In this document: positions 10,177-18,172 of the stretch, one piece after another
Position numbering within the stretch: position 1 is the first letter of the stretch
How the letters are laid out: every line of letters begins with the position of its first letter
Assembly: GCA_016188575.1 (NCBI GenBank)
Contig: JACPHN010000268.1
Location: forward strand, 916 to 64,915
Direction of reading: 5' to 3'
Source: Candidatus Schekmanbacteria bacterium
GTDB lineage: Bacteria; CSSED10-310; JACPHN01
Length of the DNA: 64,000 nucleotides
Position numbers and translations under genes: made by a program
The notes under the pieces: generated by a model
Database searches by the model: none
Seen by the model: the letters and a program-made list of their open reading frames with translations, nothing else
Told to the model about the DNA's origin: nothing

Positions 10177-11375
10177 GCCTGGGTCCTCCTCATTGCATGG
10201 TTCAAGAGCGCACGTGCCTCGCTCATCGGGCGATAAAGCCGACTCGCGCGCAGCCGCGGCAGGATGTGGAACTTGAGCTGGCGGACCGCGCGGCTGCGCC
10301 AGCCGTGCGGGAAGAGAAACAGCCATTCATGGCGGCGCGTCGTCGCCGTCCACTCCCGCTTCCACGGCTCGTCGTCGCCGAGAAAGTCGAGCTCGCTCAA
10401 CCCGCGCTCGTAGCAGTGCTTGAGCACGTGAAAAACCAGAAGGTTGGTCGGCGAATACTGCCGGTACAGTGGGTCGAAGCCCGTCTTGACCAGGAAAAAA
10501 CGACCGCCGTACTCGAGCGCGAAGGCGAAGGCGATGCGCCGCCCGCCGGCCGTGAGAAAACAGAGGCGGAGCCAGCCGTGGCGCGCCGCCTCGGGGACGA
10601 GCTGGGCATAGAACTGCCGGCAGCTCTCAGTCGACGCGATCGCGGTGCCCGCGTCCTGCTTCCACGCGGCGCCCTCGATCTGGATGCCTTCCGCGAGCGC
10701 GCTTTCAACTTCGGAACCGGAGGTGACGATCTCCATGTCCAGGCTGGCGCTGCGCATGAGGCGGCCCAGGCGGTTGCGCAGATTGGCGCGGTGTTTGGCG
10801 GAGAGCGACCGCAGGTAGCCGTCGAAGGTCCCTTCCAGCTCCAGGTACGGAGCGTCGGCGGCGTGCCATAGCTCGCCGGCGACCGCGTCCGCGCGGGCGA
10901 GGGCCGGAAGTCTGCGCAGCGTCGGCGAGTCCGCGGGGAGCTGGCAGAGGGTCACGTAGTCCAGCTCGTCGAACATCTCGGTCACCTGCTGCCAGAGGGC
11001 CAGGTAGACGCGGTCGCTGCGCTCGCCGGCGAGATCGAAGCGAGAGGTGTGGGCATTGGCGAGAAACTCGAGCGTGACGGTCCTGAGCCCGTAGACGCGG
11101 CGCACCGACAGCATCATGGGGGCGACGGCGACAAGCTCGGTGCCGTCGCGGAAAACGAAAACCCGCAGCGCGTGTCCCGAGCCGAAGCTGTCCCACCAGC
11201 AACTGACCCAGGCGTGAGTATTGAAGGGATGATCGCCAGGTGAGCGGCGGGTCAGCGCGGACCATTCGGGTGCGAGCGCCGCCAGCCCGGCGCTGCTCTG
11301 CACCACCTCGACCGCGAGCCGGCCGCGCCGCGGCGCCAGCCGTTCAGTCGCTATCTCAAGCACGATCGCGCTCAT
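10173..11375 (-). CDS. GNAT/FemAB-like N-acyltransferase (ExoG-like)
   Basis: HPFNTHAW, FDGYLRSLSAKHRANLR, KTGFDP, LDFLGDDEPWKREW. Confidence 0.87.
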   Translation of the reverse strand: MSAIVLEIATERLAPRRGRLAVEVVQSSAGLAALAPEWSALTRRSPGDHPFNTHAWVSCWWDSFGSGHALRVFVFRDGTELVAVAPMMLSVRRVYGLRTVTLEFLANAHTSRFDLAGERSDRVYLALWQQVTEMFDELDYVTLCQLPADSPTLRRLPALARADAVAGELWHAADAPYLELEGTFDGYLRSLSAKHRANLRNRLGRLMRSASLDMEIVTSGSEVESALAEGIQIEGAAWKQDAGTAIASTESCRQFYAQLVPEAARHGWLRLCFLTAGGRRIAFAFALEYGGRFFLVKTGFDPLYRQYSPTNLLVFHVLKHCYERGLSELDFLGDDEPWKREWTATTRRHEWLFLFPHGWRSRAVRQLKFHILPRLRASRLYRPMSEARALLNHAMRRTQA

Positions 11376-12799
11376 AGTCGGAGCTCCCGAGGTTTCGCAT
11401 GGAGTAATCGCGGCCGCGCGGGGCGCGGCCGCCGCGGATCGCCGGCAGCCGGCGCCACCGCCACCGCCGCGCCTGACGCCTGCCAGAGATCCTGAGGATG
11501 GGTCACGTAGCGGTAGAGGCCGAGCACGGCGGCCCAGTTCAGCATGACGAAGTGGTAGGGAACGGACAGCAGCCGATCAAGCAGCCGCTGGGGTCCGCCG
11601 CCGCCGCCGGACAGGTGCGCGCGGCGATCGCCGCGCAAGCGATAGGCCCCGACCACCGCGAGCAGGTAGGCAGCGGTCTGCGCCACCAGGAATGCGGTAT
11701 AGAGCTCGCCCCGCAGCATCCAGCTCGACGCGTACAGCGCCGGCAGGAGAAAGGCGACGACGAGGCGCCCTACCTTGTGCGAGGCGAACTGCAGGAAGAT
11801 CGGATCACGCCACGGCATCAGCAGCTCGGGCATGCGCGCCAGGAGCTGGTAGTTTCCGGCGAGCGTGCGCACCTTGCGGCGCAGCTCCGCGCTCGACGGC
11901 TGCTCGCGGTCGTAGGCGCGCGCGGCCGGGTCGAGGACGGCGCGCTTGCCGCGCAGAACGGCCCCCATGGGAATCGCGACGTCGTCGAGAATGGTGTCGG
12001 CGGGCAGCGGTGTGTACAGGTCCCGGCGCACGGCATGCAGCGCGCCGGTGGCGCCCGGCAGCGAGTGAATGTCGCTCTCCAGTGCGCGCAGCCACCGGTC
12101 GTAGCGCCAGTACAGGCCGATGCCGTCGCCGGCCACGTTGCCGTTTTCGTCCAGCACGATGACCTCACCGCTCACCGCGCCCACCTCGGGGTCGTGGAAG
12201 TTGGCGATGAGCTCGCGCACGGCGGCGCTTTCCAGCCGCTGCCGGGCATCGGCAAAGACGATGACGTCGCCGCGAGCCGCCGCCACGCCGCGATTCAACG
12301 CCCCCGCCTTGCCCTCGTGGCGCGGCGACCGCACTACAGTGAGGCGCGGTGCCGGCCACGCGCGGCGCGGCGACCGCAGCGGCGACCACGGGTGGTCGCC
12401 TAATCCCAGAAACGCCCGGTGCGGCCCCCTACCCCTCCCCCCGCGCGCGGGGGCAGGTGTGGTGGGGCGTCTTCGCGATGCGTCCCAGGCGCTCGTGAGC
12501 CGCCGGTGGGCGCTCGCCCAACGTTCCACCACGCGATCCGTGCCGTCGCTCGGACCATCGAGCGCGATGACGATCTCCAGCTTGCTCGGCGGGTAAACCT
12601 GGCGCAGGCAGTCCTCGAGCTTGTCCACGATCGCCTCGCGCTCGTTGTAGGCGGCGATGACGATGCTCACCGACAGGCGACAGGGTTGCTTGTCCACCGG
12701 CGCCAGGCCATACCGCCGCCGGGCGAGCAAGTAGAGCGGATAGCCCACATACACGTAGGCGATGATCGCCAAACTGCTCCAAAAAACGACCTGCGCCAC
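11372..12799 (-). CDS. Glycosyltransferase family 2, membrane-bound
   Basis: SIVIAAYNE, DGPSDGT, GKAGALN, FADA, LDDVAIP, RRKVRT; carries a ~50-aa insertion. Confidence 0.9.
   Translation of the reverse strand: MAQVVFWSSLAIIAYVYVGYPLYLLARRRYGLAPVDKQPCRLSVSIVIAAYNEREAIVDKLEDCLRQVYPPSKLEIVIALDGPSDGTDRVVERWASAHRRLTSAWDASRRRPTTPAPARGGRGRGPHRAFLGLGDHPWSPLRSPRRAWPAPRLTVVRSPRHEGKAGALNRGVAAARGDVIVFADARQRLESAAVRELIANFHDPEVGAVSGEVIVLDENGNVAGDGIGLYWRYDRWLRALESDIHSLPGATGALHAVRRDLYTPLPADTILDDVAIPMGAVLRGKRAVLDPAARAYDREQPSSAELRRKVRTLAGNYQLLARMPELLMPWRDPIFLQFASHKVGRLVVAFLLPALYASSWMLRGELYTAFLVAQTAAYLLAVVGAYRLRGDRRAHLSGGGGGPQRLLDRLLSVPYHFVMLNWAAVLGLYRYVTHPQDLWQASGAAVAVAPAAGDPRRPRPARPRLLHAKPRELRL
12424..12468. 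repeat. REP-like palindrome in frame inside the GT2 domain
   Basis: Perfect 16-nt palindrome CCCCCGCGCGCGGGGG (12438-12453) with imperfect outer arms. Confidence 0.75.
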
Positions 12800-12802
12800 G
12801 GC

Positions 12803-14152
12803 CTACAGCCTCCTGAGGTTCGACGCCTCGATGCCGCGCGTCGCGTTGCGGGTATCGAACACCAGCGGCGCCTGTCGGGTAATCTCCTCGTAGTCGAAGC
12901 CCGAATGGTCCGTCAGGATCAGCGCGAGGTGGCAGAGCTCCAGGAGCTGCGGCGTTGGCCGTTTGGACTCCAGAAGCTCGTCGCCGATGGTGATGGAGTC
13001 CACAAACGGGTCGCTATAGGAGACCGTCGCCCCGCGCTCCCTGAGCAGCTTGATGACCTCGAGAGCCGGCGATTCCCGGGTGTCGCAAACGTCCTTCTTG
13101 TAGGCCACGCCGAGCACGTGGATCCAGGTGCGGCTCAGGGGTCTGCCCGCCTCGCTCAAGATCTCCATCACCCGCATCACCACGTAACGGGGCATGCCGC
13201 GATTGATCTTGTCGGCAAGGTGAATGAGCTCCGGCACAAACCCATCGATCGTGGCCTTCCACTGCAAGTAGATGGGATCGACGGGGATGCAGTGCCCGCC
13301 GAGACCGGGACCCGGGAAAAACGGCATGAACCCGAACGGCTTGGTCGCCGCCGCGTCGATCACCTCCCACACGTCGATGTCCATGTGCTTGCACATCTGC
13401 GCCAGCTCGTTGACCAGCGCGATGTTTACGGCGCGGAAGGTGTTCTCCAGCAGCTTGACCATTTCGGCCACGCGCGTGTTGGAGACTTCCATCACGCCGC
13501 CCACGACCTGGCTGTACAGCGACGCCGCCAACCGCCGGCACCGGGGCGTCACCCCGGCGACGATCTTCGCGATGTTCTCGGTCTTGAACCTGGCATTGCC
13601 CGGGTCGACCCGTTCCGGCGAGTATGCCAGGAAGAAGTCCTCTCCGACCTTCAATCCGTGCGCCTGCAAGCGCGGCAGGACGATGTCCTCGGTGCTTCCC
13701 GGGTAGGTCGTGCTCTCCAGGATCACGAGCTGTCCGGGGCGCAGATGCGCCGCGACCTCTTCCGCCGCAGACAGCACGAAGGTCAGGTCCGGGTCGCGGC
13801 TCTTGCGCAACGGCGTGGGCACGCAGATGATGAGCACGTCCATATCCGGTAAGGCCGAAAAGTCGGTCGTCGCGGCAAACTTGCCTTCGTGGAGCGCCTG
13901 CATCACCCGGCGGCTGTGCACGTCGGTGATCTCGGAAACGCCATTCACCAGCCCGTCGACGCGCTCGGGGTTGATGTCGAAGCCGGTGGCGCGGAACCCG
14001 GCATCGGCACAAGCCATCGCCAGGGGTAGACCGACGTAGCCGAGGCCGAGCACACCGACGCGGGCGGTGCGCGTCTGCAAGCGGCCGGCGAGGGTTTCAA
14101 ACGAGTTGGTGACCTGAGTAGTTGGAACCTGCAGGACAGCGGTAGTGCTCAC
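12803..14152 (-). CDS. Nucleotide-sugar (probably UDP-GlcNAc) 6-dehydrogenase, WbpA/WecC family
   Basis: GLGYVGLP, ICVPTP, ESTTYPG, YSPER, KLLENTFR, GGHCIPVDP. Confidence 0.92.
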   Translation of the reverse strand: MSTTAVLQVPTTQVTNSFETLAGRLQTRTARVGVLGLGYVGLPLAMACADAGFRATGFDINPERVDGLVNGVSEITDVHSRRVMQALHEGKFAATTDFSALPDMDVLIICVPTPLRKSRDPDLTFVLSAAEEVAAHLRPGQLVILESTTYPGSTEDIVLPRLQAHGLKVGEDFFLAYSPERVDPGNARFKTENIAKIVAGVTPRCRRLAASLYSQVVGGVMEVSNTRVAEMVKLLENTFRAVNIALVNELAQMCKHMDIDVWEVIDAAATKPFGFMPFFPGPGLGGHCIPVDPIYLQWKATIDGFVPELIHLADKINRGMPRYVVMRVMEILSEAGRPLSRTWIHVLGVAYKKDVCDTRESPALEVIKLLRERGATVSYSDPFVDSITIGDELLESKRPTPQLLELCHLALILTDHSGFDYEEITRQAPLVFDTRNATRGIEASNLRRL

Positions 14153-14163
14153 TGGTGCTTCTC

Positions 14164-16014
14164 CTATTCTACGGTGACGCTCTTGGCGAGGTTGCGGGGT
14201 TTGTCGACGTCGCAGCCGCGGCGCACGCCGATGTGGTAGGCGAGGAGCTGCAGCGGCAGAACCGTCAGCAGCGGTGAAAGCAACGGGTGCGTCGGCGCGA
14301 CAAAGATGGTTTCGTCCGCCTTTTCCTGCACCTCGTTGTCGCCTTCGGTAGCGATGGCGATGACCTTGCCGTCTCGCCCTTTCGCCTCCTCGACGTTCCC
14401 CATCGTCTTGCGGTAGACGTGATCTTGTGGGGCGACCACGACGACGGGCATCTGCGCGTCGATCAGGGCGATCGGACCGTGCTTCATCTCGCCGGCAGGG
14501 TAGCCCTCTGCGTGGGCATACGAGATTTCCTTCAGCTTCAAGGCGCCCTCCAGGGCAATCGGGTAGCTGATGCCGCGGCCCAGGAAGAGAAAGCTCGCGT
14601 GGTCGTGGAATCGCTCACAAAGCGGTTCGATCGCCTTGCGGGTGGCAAGGAATCGCTCCATGTCCTCGCTGAGCCGGTCGAGCCCGGCCACGTGCTCGGC
14701 GATCTGCTGGCGCGACAGCGCGCCGCGCAGCCCGCCGAGGTAGACCCCAAGCGCGAAGAGCAGCGCCACCTGGGTGGTGAACGCCTTGGTCGACGCCACG
14801 CCGATCTCGGGGCCGGCGTGGGTGTAGAGCACCGCGTCGGATTCGCGGGCGATCGAGCTGCCGACGACATTGCAAATCGACAGCACCACGGCGCCATGAT
14901 CGCGCGCCTCTCGCAAGCCGGCCAGAGTATCTGCCGTCTCGCCGGATTGGCTGATGCCCAGCACGAGGCTGTTCTTGCCCATCACGGGGTTGCGATAGCG
15001 AAACTCGCTGGCATAGTCGACGTCCACGGGCATCCGCGCCAGCGACTCGATCATGAGCTTGCCGATGAGGCCCGCGTGCAGGGAGGTGCCGCACGCGAGA
15101 ATCTGCAACCGCGGCGCCTTCCGGAGACGCTGCGTCAGGGCGCCGTTGAGGCGCGAGCAGAGATCGTCCTCGAGCACCACGCGGTCGCCGCGCACGCGAC
15201 CGCACAAGGTATCTCGCAGGGCACGCGGCTGCTCGAGAATCTCCTTGAGCATGAAGTGCGGGTAGCCCTCCTTTTCCGCCATTTCCGCGGTCCACTCCAG
15301 ATGCTGGCGGCGACATTCGATCGTTCTGGCCGCGGCATCCTGGAGCTCGACGTGGTCCGCTCGCAGCACGACAATCTCGCCATCGGCCAGGAAATGAACG
15401 TCGCGCGTGTAGGGCAGAATGGCGGGAACGTCCGATGCCACGATCATCTCGTGCTCGCCGAGCCCGACCACGAGCGGCAGGCCGCGGCGCACCGCAACGA
15501 TCTTGGAGGGCTCTGTCGTCGCGATGACCACCAGCCCGAAGACCCCCTCGATCTCGGCGATCGCGCCCCGCACCGCGTCTTCCAGCTTGCCGTTCAGGCG
15601 GGCCTCGATGAGGTGCGCGAGGACCTCGGAGTCGGTTTCGCTGTGGAAGATGTGCCCTTCAGCAATGAGGCGCCGCCGCAGCTCCACGTAGTTCTCGATG
15701 ATGCCGTTATGCGCGACCAGCACCCGGCCGGTGCAATCCGCGTGGGGATGCGCGTTGGCCTCCGTCGGCCGGCCGTGAGTCGCCCACCGGGTGTGTCCAA
15801 TGCCACAATGCCCTGCGGCCAGCGCCTGACCGAGAGTCGCCACCTTTTCCTCGAGCCCGCCGATGCGACCCGCGTAACGCAACAGGTGCATCGTGCCGTT
15901 GAGGGTGACGGCGATCCCGCAGGAGTCGTAGCCGCGGTATTCGAGCCGCTTGAGAGCGGAGACCAGCACGGGAGCGCTCTGCCGGTCGCCAACGTAGCCG
16001 ATGAGTCCACACAT
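14164..16014 (-). CDS. glmS: Glutamine--fructose-6-phosphate transaminase
   Basis: MCG N-terminus, LEYRGYDS, GHTRWATHG, ISQSGETADT, C-terminal PRNLAKSVTVE. Confidence 0.97.
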   Translation of the reverse strand: MCGLIGYVGDRQSAPVLVSALKRLEYRGYDSCGIAVTLNGTMHLLRYAGRIGGLEEKVATLGQALAAGHCGIGHTRWATHGRPTEANAHPHADCTGRVLVAHNGIIENYVELRRRLIAEGHIFHSETDSEVLAHLIEARLNGKLEDAVRGAIAEIEGVFGLVVIATTEPSKIVAVRRGLPLVVGLGEHEMIVASDVPAILPYTRDVHFLADGEIVVLRADHVELQDAAARTIECRRQHLEWTAEMAEKEGYPHFMLKEILEQPRALRDTLCGRVRGDRVVLEDDLCSRLNGALTQRLRKAPRLQILACGTSLHAGLIGKLMIESLARMPVDVDYASEFRYRNPVMGKNSLVLGISQSGETADTLAGLREARDHGAVVLSICNVVGSSIARESDAVLYTHAGPEIGVASTKAFTTQVALLFALGVYLGGLRGALSRQQIAEHVAGLDRLSEDMERFLATRKAIEPLCERFHDHASFLFLGRGISYPIALEGALKLKEISYAHAEGYPAGEMKHGPIALIDAQMPVVVVAPQDHVYRKTMGNVEEAKGRDGKVIAIATEGDNEVQEKADETIFVAPTHPLLSPLLTVLPLQLLAYHIGVRRGCDVDKPRNLAKSVTVE

Positions 16015-16018
16015 GGTC

Positions 16019-17074
16019 CTACCTCGCGATCAGGGTCAGAGGGGGAGTCGGCGATCTCTTCACCGCAAGCTCGGGACGCTGGCGGCGGGCAAGCAGGAGC
16101 AGGAGCTCACCGAGGCGATCGCAATCGTGTTTCACCTCGTCGCAGTCCTCGCGCGACAGCAGGTTGGCGGCCAGCGGCGCCGTTCCCATCTGGCCGATCT
16201 CGCGCACGTCGTTGCGCACCGGCGCGGCGCCGAGCGCGGCGTAGCGGGCGCGCCGATCGTCCGGAATGGCCCCCGAGCTCAAGATACAGACGTCGATCAG
16301 GCCTCCTTCCAGGTATTCGGAGAGCACGCGCAGGTGGTCGGCGGCCGTGAAACCGTCCGTCTCGCCGGGCTGGGTCATGAGATTGCAAACGTACACCTTG
16401 AGCGCCGACGACAGGCGAATGGCGTCGGCAACGCCGTCCACGAGCAGGTTGGGCACGACGCTGGTGTACAGGCTGCCCGGCCCGAGCACGATCAGGTCGG
16501 AAAAGACCAGGGATTGCAGCACCCCACCCGACGCCGGCGGCGTGCAGGGTTCGAGCCACACCCGCGTGATCCGGCCGCGTTGCAGCGGGATCTGCGCCTC
16601 GCCGCGGACCACGCTGCCGTCGGCGAAGGCGGCGCAGAGGGTCACCGGGCTATCGGTGACGGGGAGCACGCGACCGCTGGCGTGCAGCAGCCCCGATGCC
16701 TGTTGGCTCGCCTTCGCCAGGCTGCCGTGCTCCTCGCAGTAGGCGGCGAGGATGAGGTTGCCGACAACCTGTCCCTGCAGCCCGTTGCCGCCGCGGAACC
16801 GGTACTGGAACAGGTCGCATAGCGGCGGCTCGCTGTCGGACAGCGCCGCCATGCAGTTGCGGATATCACCCACCGCGGGGATGCCGAGGTGTCTGCGAAG
16901 CCGACCCGTGGAGCCGCCGTTGTCAGCGGTGGTCACCACGGCCGAAATTTGCACGTCCCAGTCCGCGCCGCCGGCCCCCTGCTTGATCGCTGCGCGCTTC
17001 AAGCCTCGCAATACGGTTGACAATCCGTGTCCGCCGCCGACACCGACAATCCTGACGATGGTATTGGTTTTCAT
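16019..17074 (-). CDS. yvcK: YvcK/GlmR (CofD-related) gluconeogenesis factor; ExoF-like
   Basis: GGGHGLS, TTADNGGSTGRLR, GDIRNC, GPGSLYTSVVPNL, CNLMTQPGET. Confidence 0.92.
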   Translation of the reverse strand: MKTNTIVRIVGVGGGHGLSTVLRGLKRAAIKQGAGGADWDVQISAVVTTADNGGSTGRLRRHLGIPAVGDIRNCMAALSDSEPPLCDLFQYRFRGGNGLQGQVVGNLILAAYCEEHGSLAKASQQASGLLHASGRVLPVTDSPVTLCAAFADGSVVRGEAQIPLQRGRITRVWLEPCTPPASGGVLQSLVFSDLIVLGPGSLYTSVVPNLLVDGVADAIRLSSALKVYVCNLMTQPGETDGFTAADHLRVLSEYLEGGLIDVCILSSGAIPDDRRARYAALGAAPVRNDVREIGQMGTAPLAANLLSREDCDEVKHDCDRLGELLLLLARRQRPELAVKRSPTPPLTLIAR

Positions 17075-17077
17075 TTG

Positions 17078-18172
17078 TTACCCGTCCTGTCGATGATCCA
17101 AGCCGAAGATGACAACTTTGATGGTGCGAAGAAGAATGAAGACATCAAACCACACAGAAGCGTGCTTCGCGTAGTACAGGTCGTATTGCAGCTTCTCGTA
17201 GGCATCTTCAATCGAGTTGCCATAGTCGTAGCTGACCTGTGCCCAACCGGTAATACCCGGTTTGATGTAGTGTCTGAGGTCGTAGTAGGGGATCTGTTCT
17301 CCCAACATGCGCACGAAGCAGGGGCGCTCGGGCCTGGGTCCGACGAAGGTCATGTCGCCGCGCAGGACGTTGATGACCTGCGGGACCTCGTCGAGGTGCA
17401 GGCGGCGCAGGATGCGGCCGACCCGGGTAACGCGGTCATCGACGTCGCGCGCCCACATCGGTCCGGTATCCTGCTCAGCATCATGGCGCATGGAGCGGAA
17501 CTTGTACATCATGAAGGTGTCGCCATCCTTGCCGACGCGGTCCTGCGCGAACAGCACGGGGCCGCGGGATTCGAGCTTGATCGCCAGAGCGATCAGGAGC
17601 AGAATGGGCGCGGCCAGGACGAGGAGGGCGGCGGCGCAGACGATGTCGAGCCAGCGTTTGAGGCGGTCATGGCGAGCTGAGAAATGAAAGCCGTCGCAGA
17701 AGATCAGCCAGTCCGGCCGCACCGCATCGAGCCACACCTTGTGATGGCGGTGCTCGTAGAAGTCCGCCGCTTCTTCGATCTCGATGCCCAGCAGCTTGCC
17801 TTCGATCAGCGTCGAGGCGATGTCGGCAGCGCCATAGGCGTTGGGTTCGGTAATGACGATGCGCGAGACGCGCCCGGCGCGAATCAGGTCGCGAAGGCGT
17901 TCAGAGCTCAGCTCTTCGCTCGCGCCGCTACTGCGCGCGGAACGCATGGCCGTGGGCGTTCGCCCGTTGCCGTTGCGGTAGGCCGAGGTGCTCAGCATCG
18001 CGCCCTCGCCGCGGCCGTTGCGGGCGGCCTCCGCGGCAGGCGGCGCGGCGCCATCGAGCTCGCGGTGCAGCGTCGCCGCCAGGGCGCCGTTGCCGAGAAT
18101 AACGATGCCGGCCGAAGGGCGCTCGCGAGTCGGGTGCCAGAATTCGGTTCGGGGCACTTCAGTTCTTATCAT
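17078..18172 (-). CDS. Polyprenyl-phosphate hexose-1-phosphate (priming) transferase; ExoE-like
   Basis: ATG 18172 with GGAGGA SD; KRWLDI, KFRSM, LDEVPQ, VGPRPERP, KPGITGWAQV, DLYY. N-terminal region short and without the usual TM bundle. Confidence 0.9.
   Translation of the reverse strand: MIRTEVPRTEFWHPTRERPSAGIVILGNGALAATLHRELDGAAPPAAEAARNGRGEGAMLSTSAYRNGNGRTPTAMRSARSSGASEELSSERLRDLIRAGRVSRIVITEPNAYGAADIASTLIEGKLLGIEIEEAADFYEHRHHKVWLDAVRPDWLIFCDGFHFSARHDRLKRWLDIVCAAALLVLAAPILLLIALAIKLESRGPVLFAQDRVGKDGDTFMMYKFRSMRHDAEQDTGPMWARDVDDRVTRVGRILRRLHLDEVPQVINVLRGDMTFVGPRPERPCFVRMLGEQIPYYDLRHYIKPGITGWAQVSYDYGNSIEDAYEKLQYDLYYAKHASVWFDVFILLRTIKVVIFGLDHRQDG

Noticed and set aside
16010-16030. glmS ribozyme upstream of glmS
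   Set aside because: Only 4 nt separate yvcK and glmS, leaving no room for it.
14287-16350. Long antisense or alternate-frame ORFs (also 51-1937, 2125-3732, 18801-20342, 38915-40783, 47209-49020 and many more)
   Set aside because: Shadow ORFs expected in high-GC DNA; they overlap genes with clear family motifs and give Arg/Ala/Pro-rich sequence without motifs.
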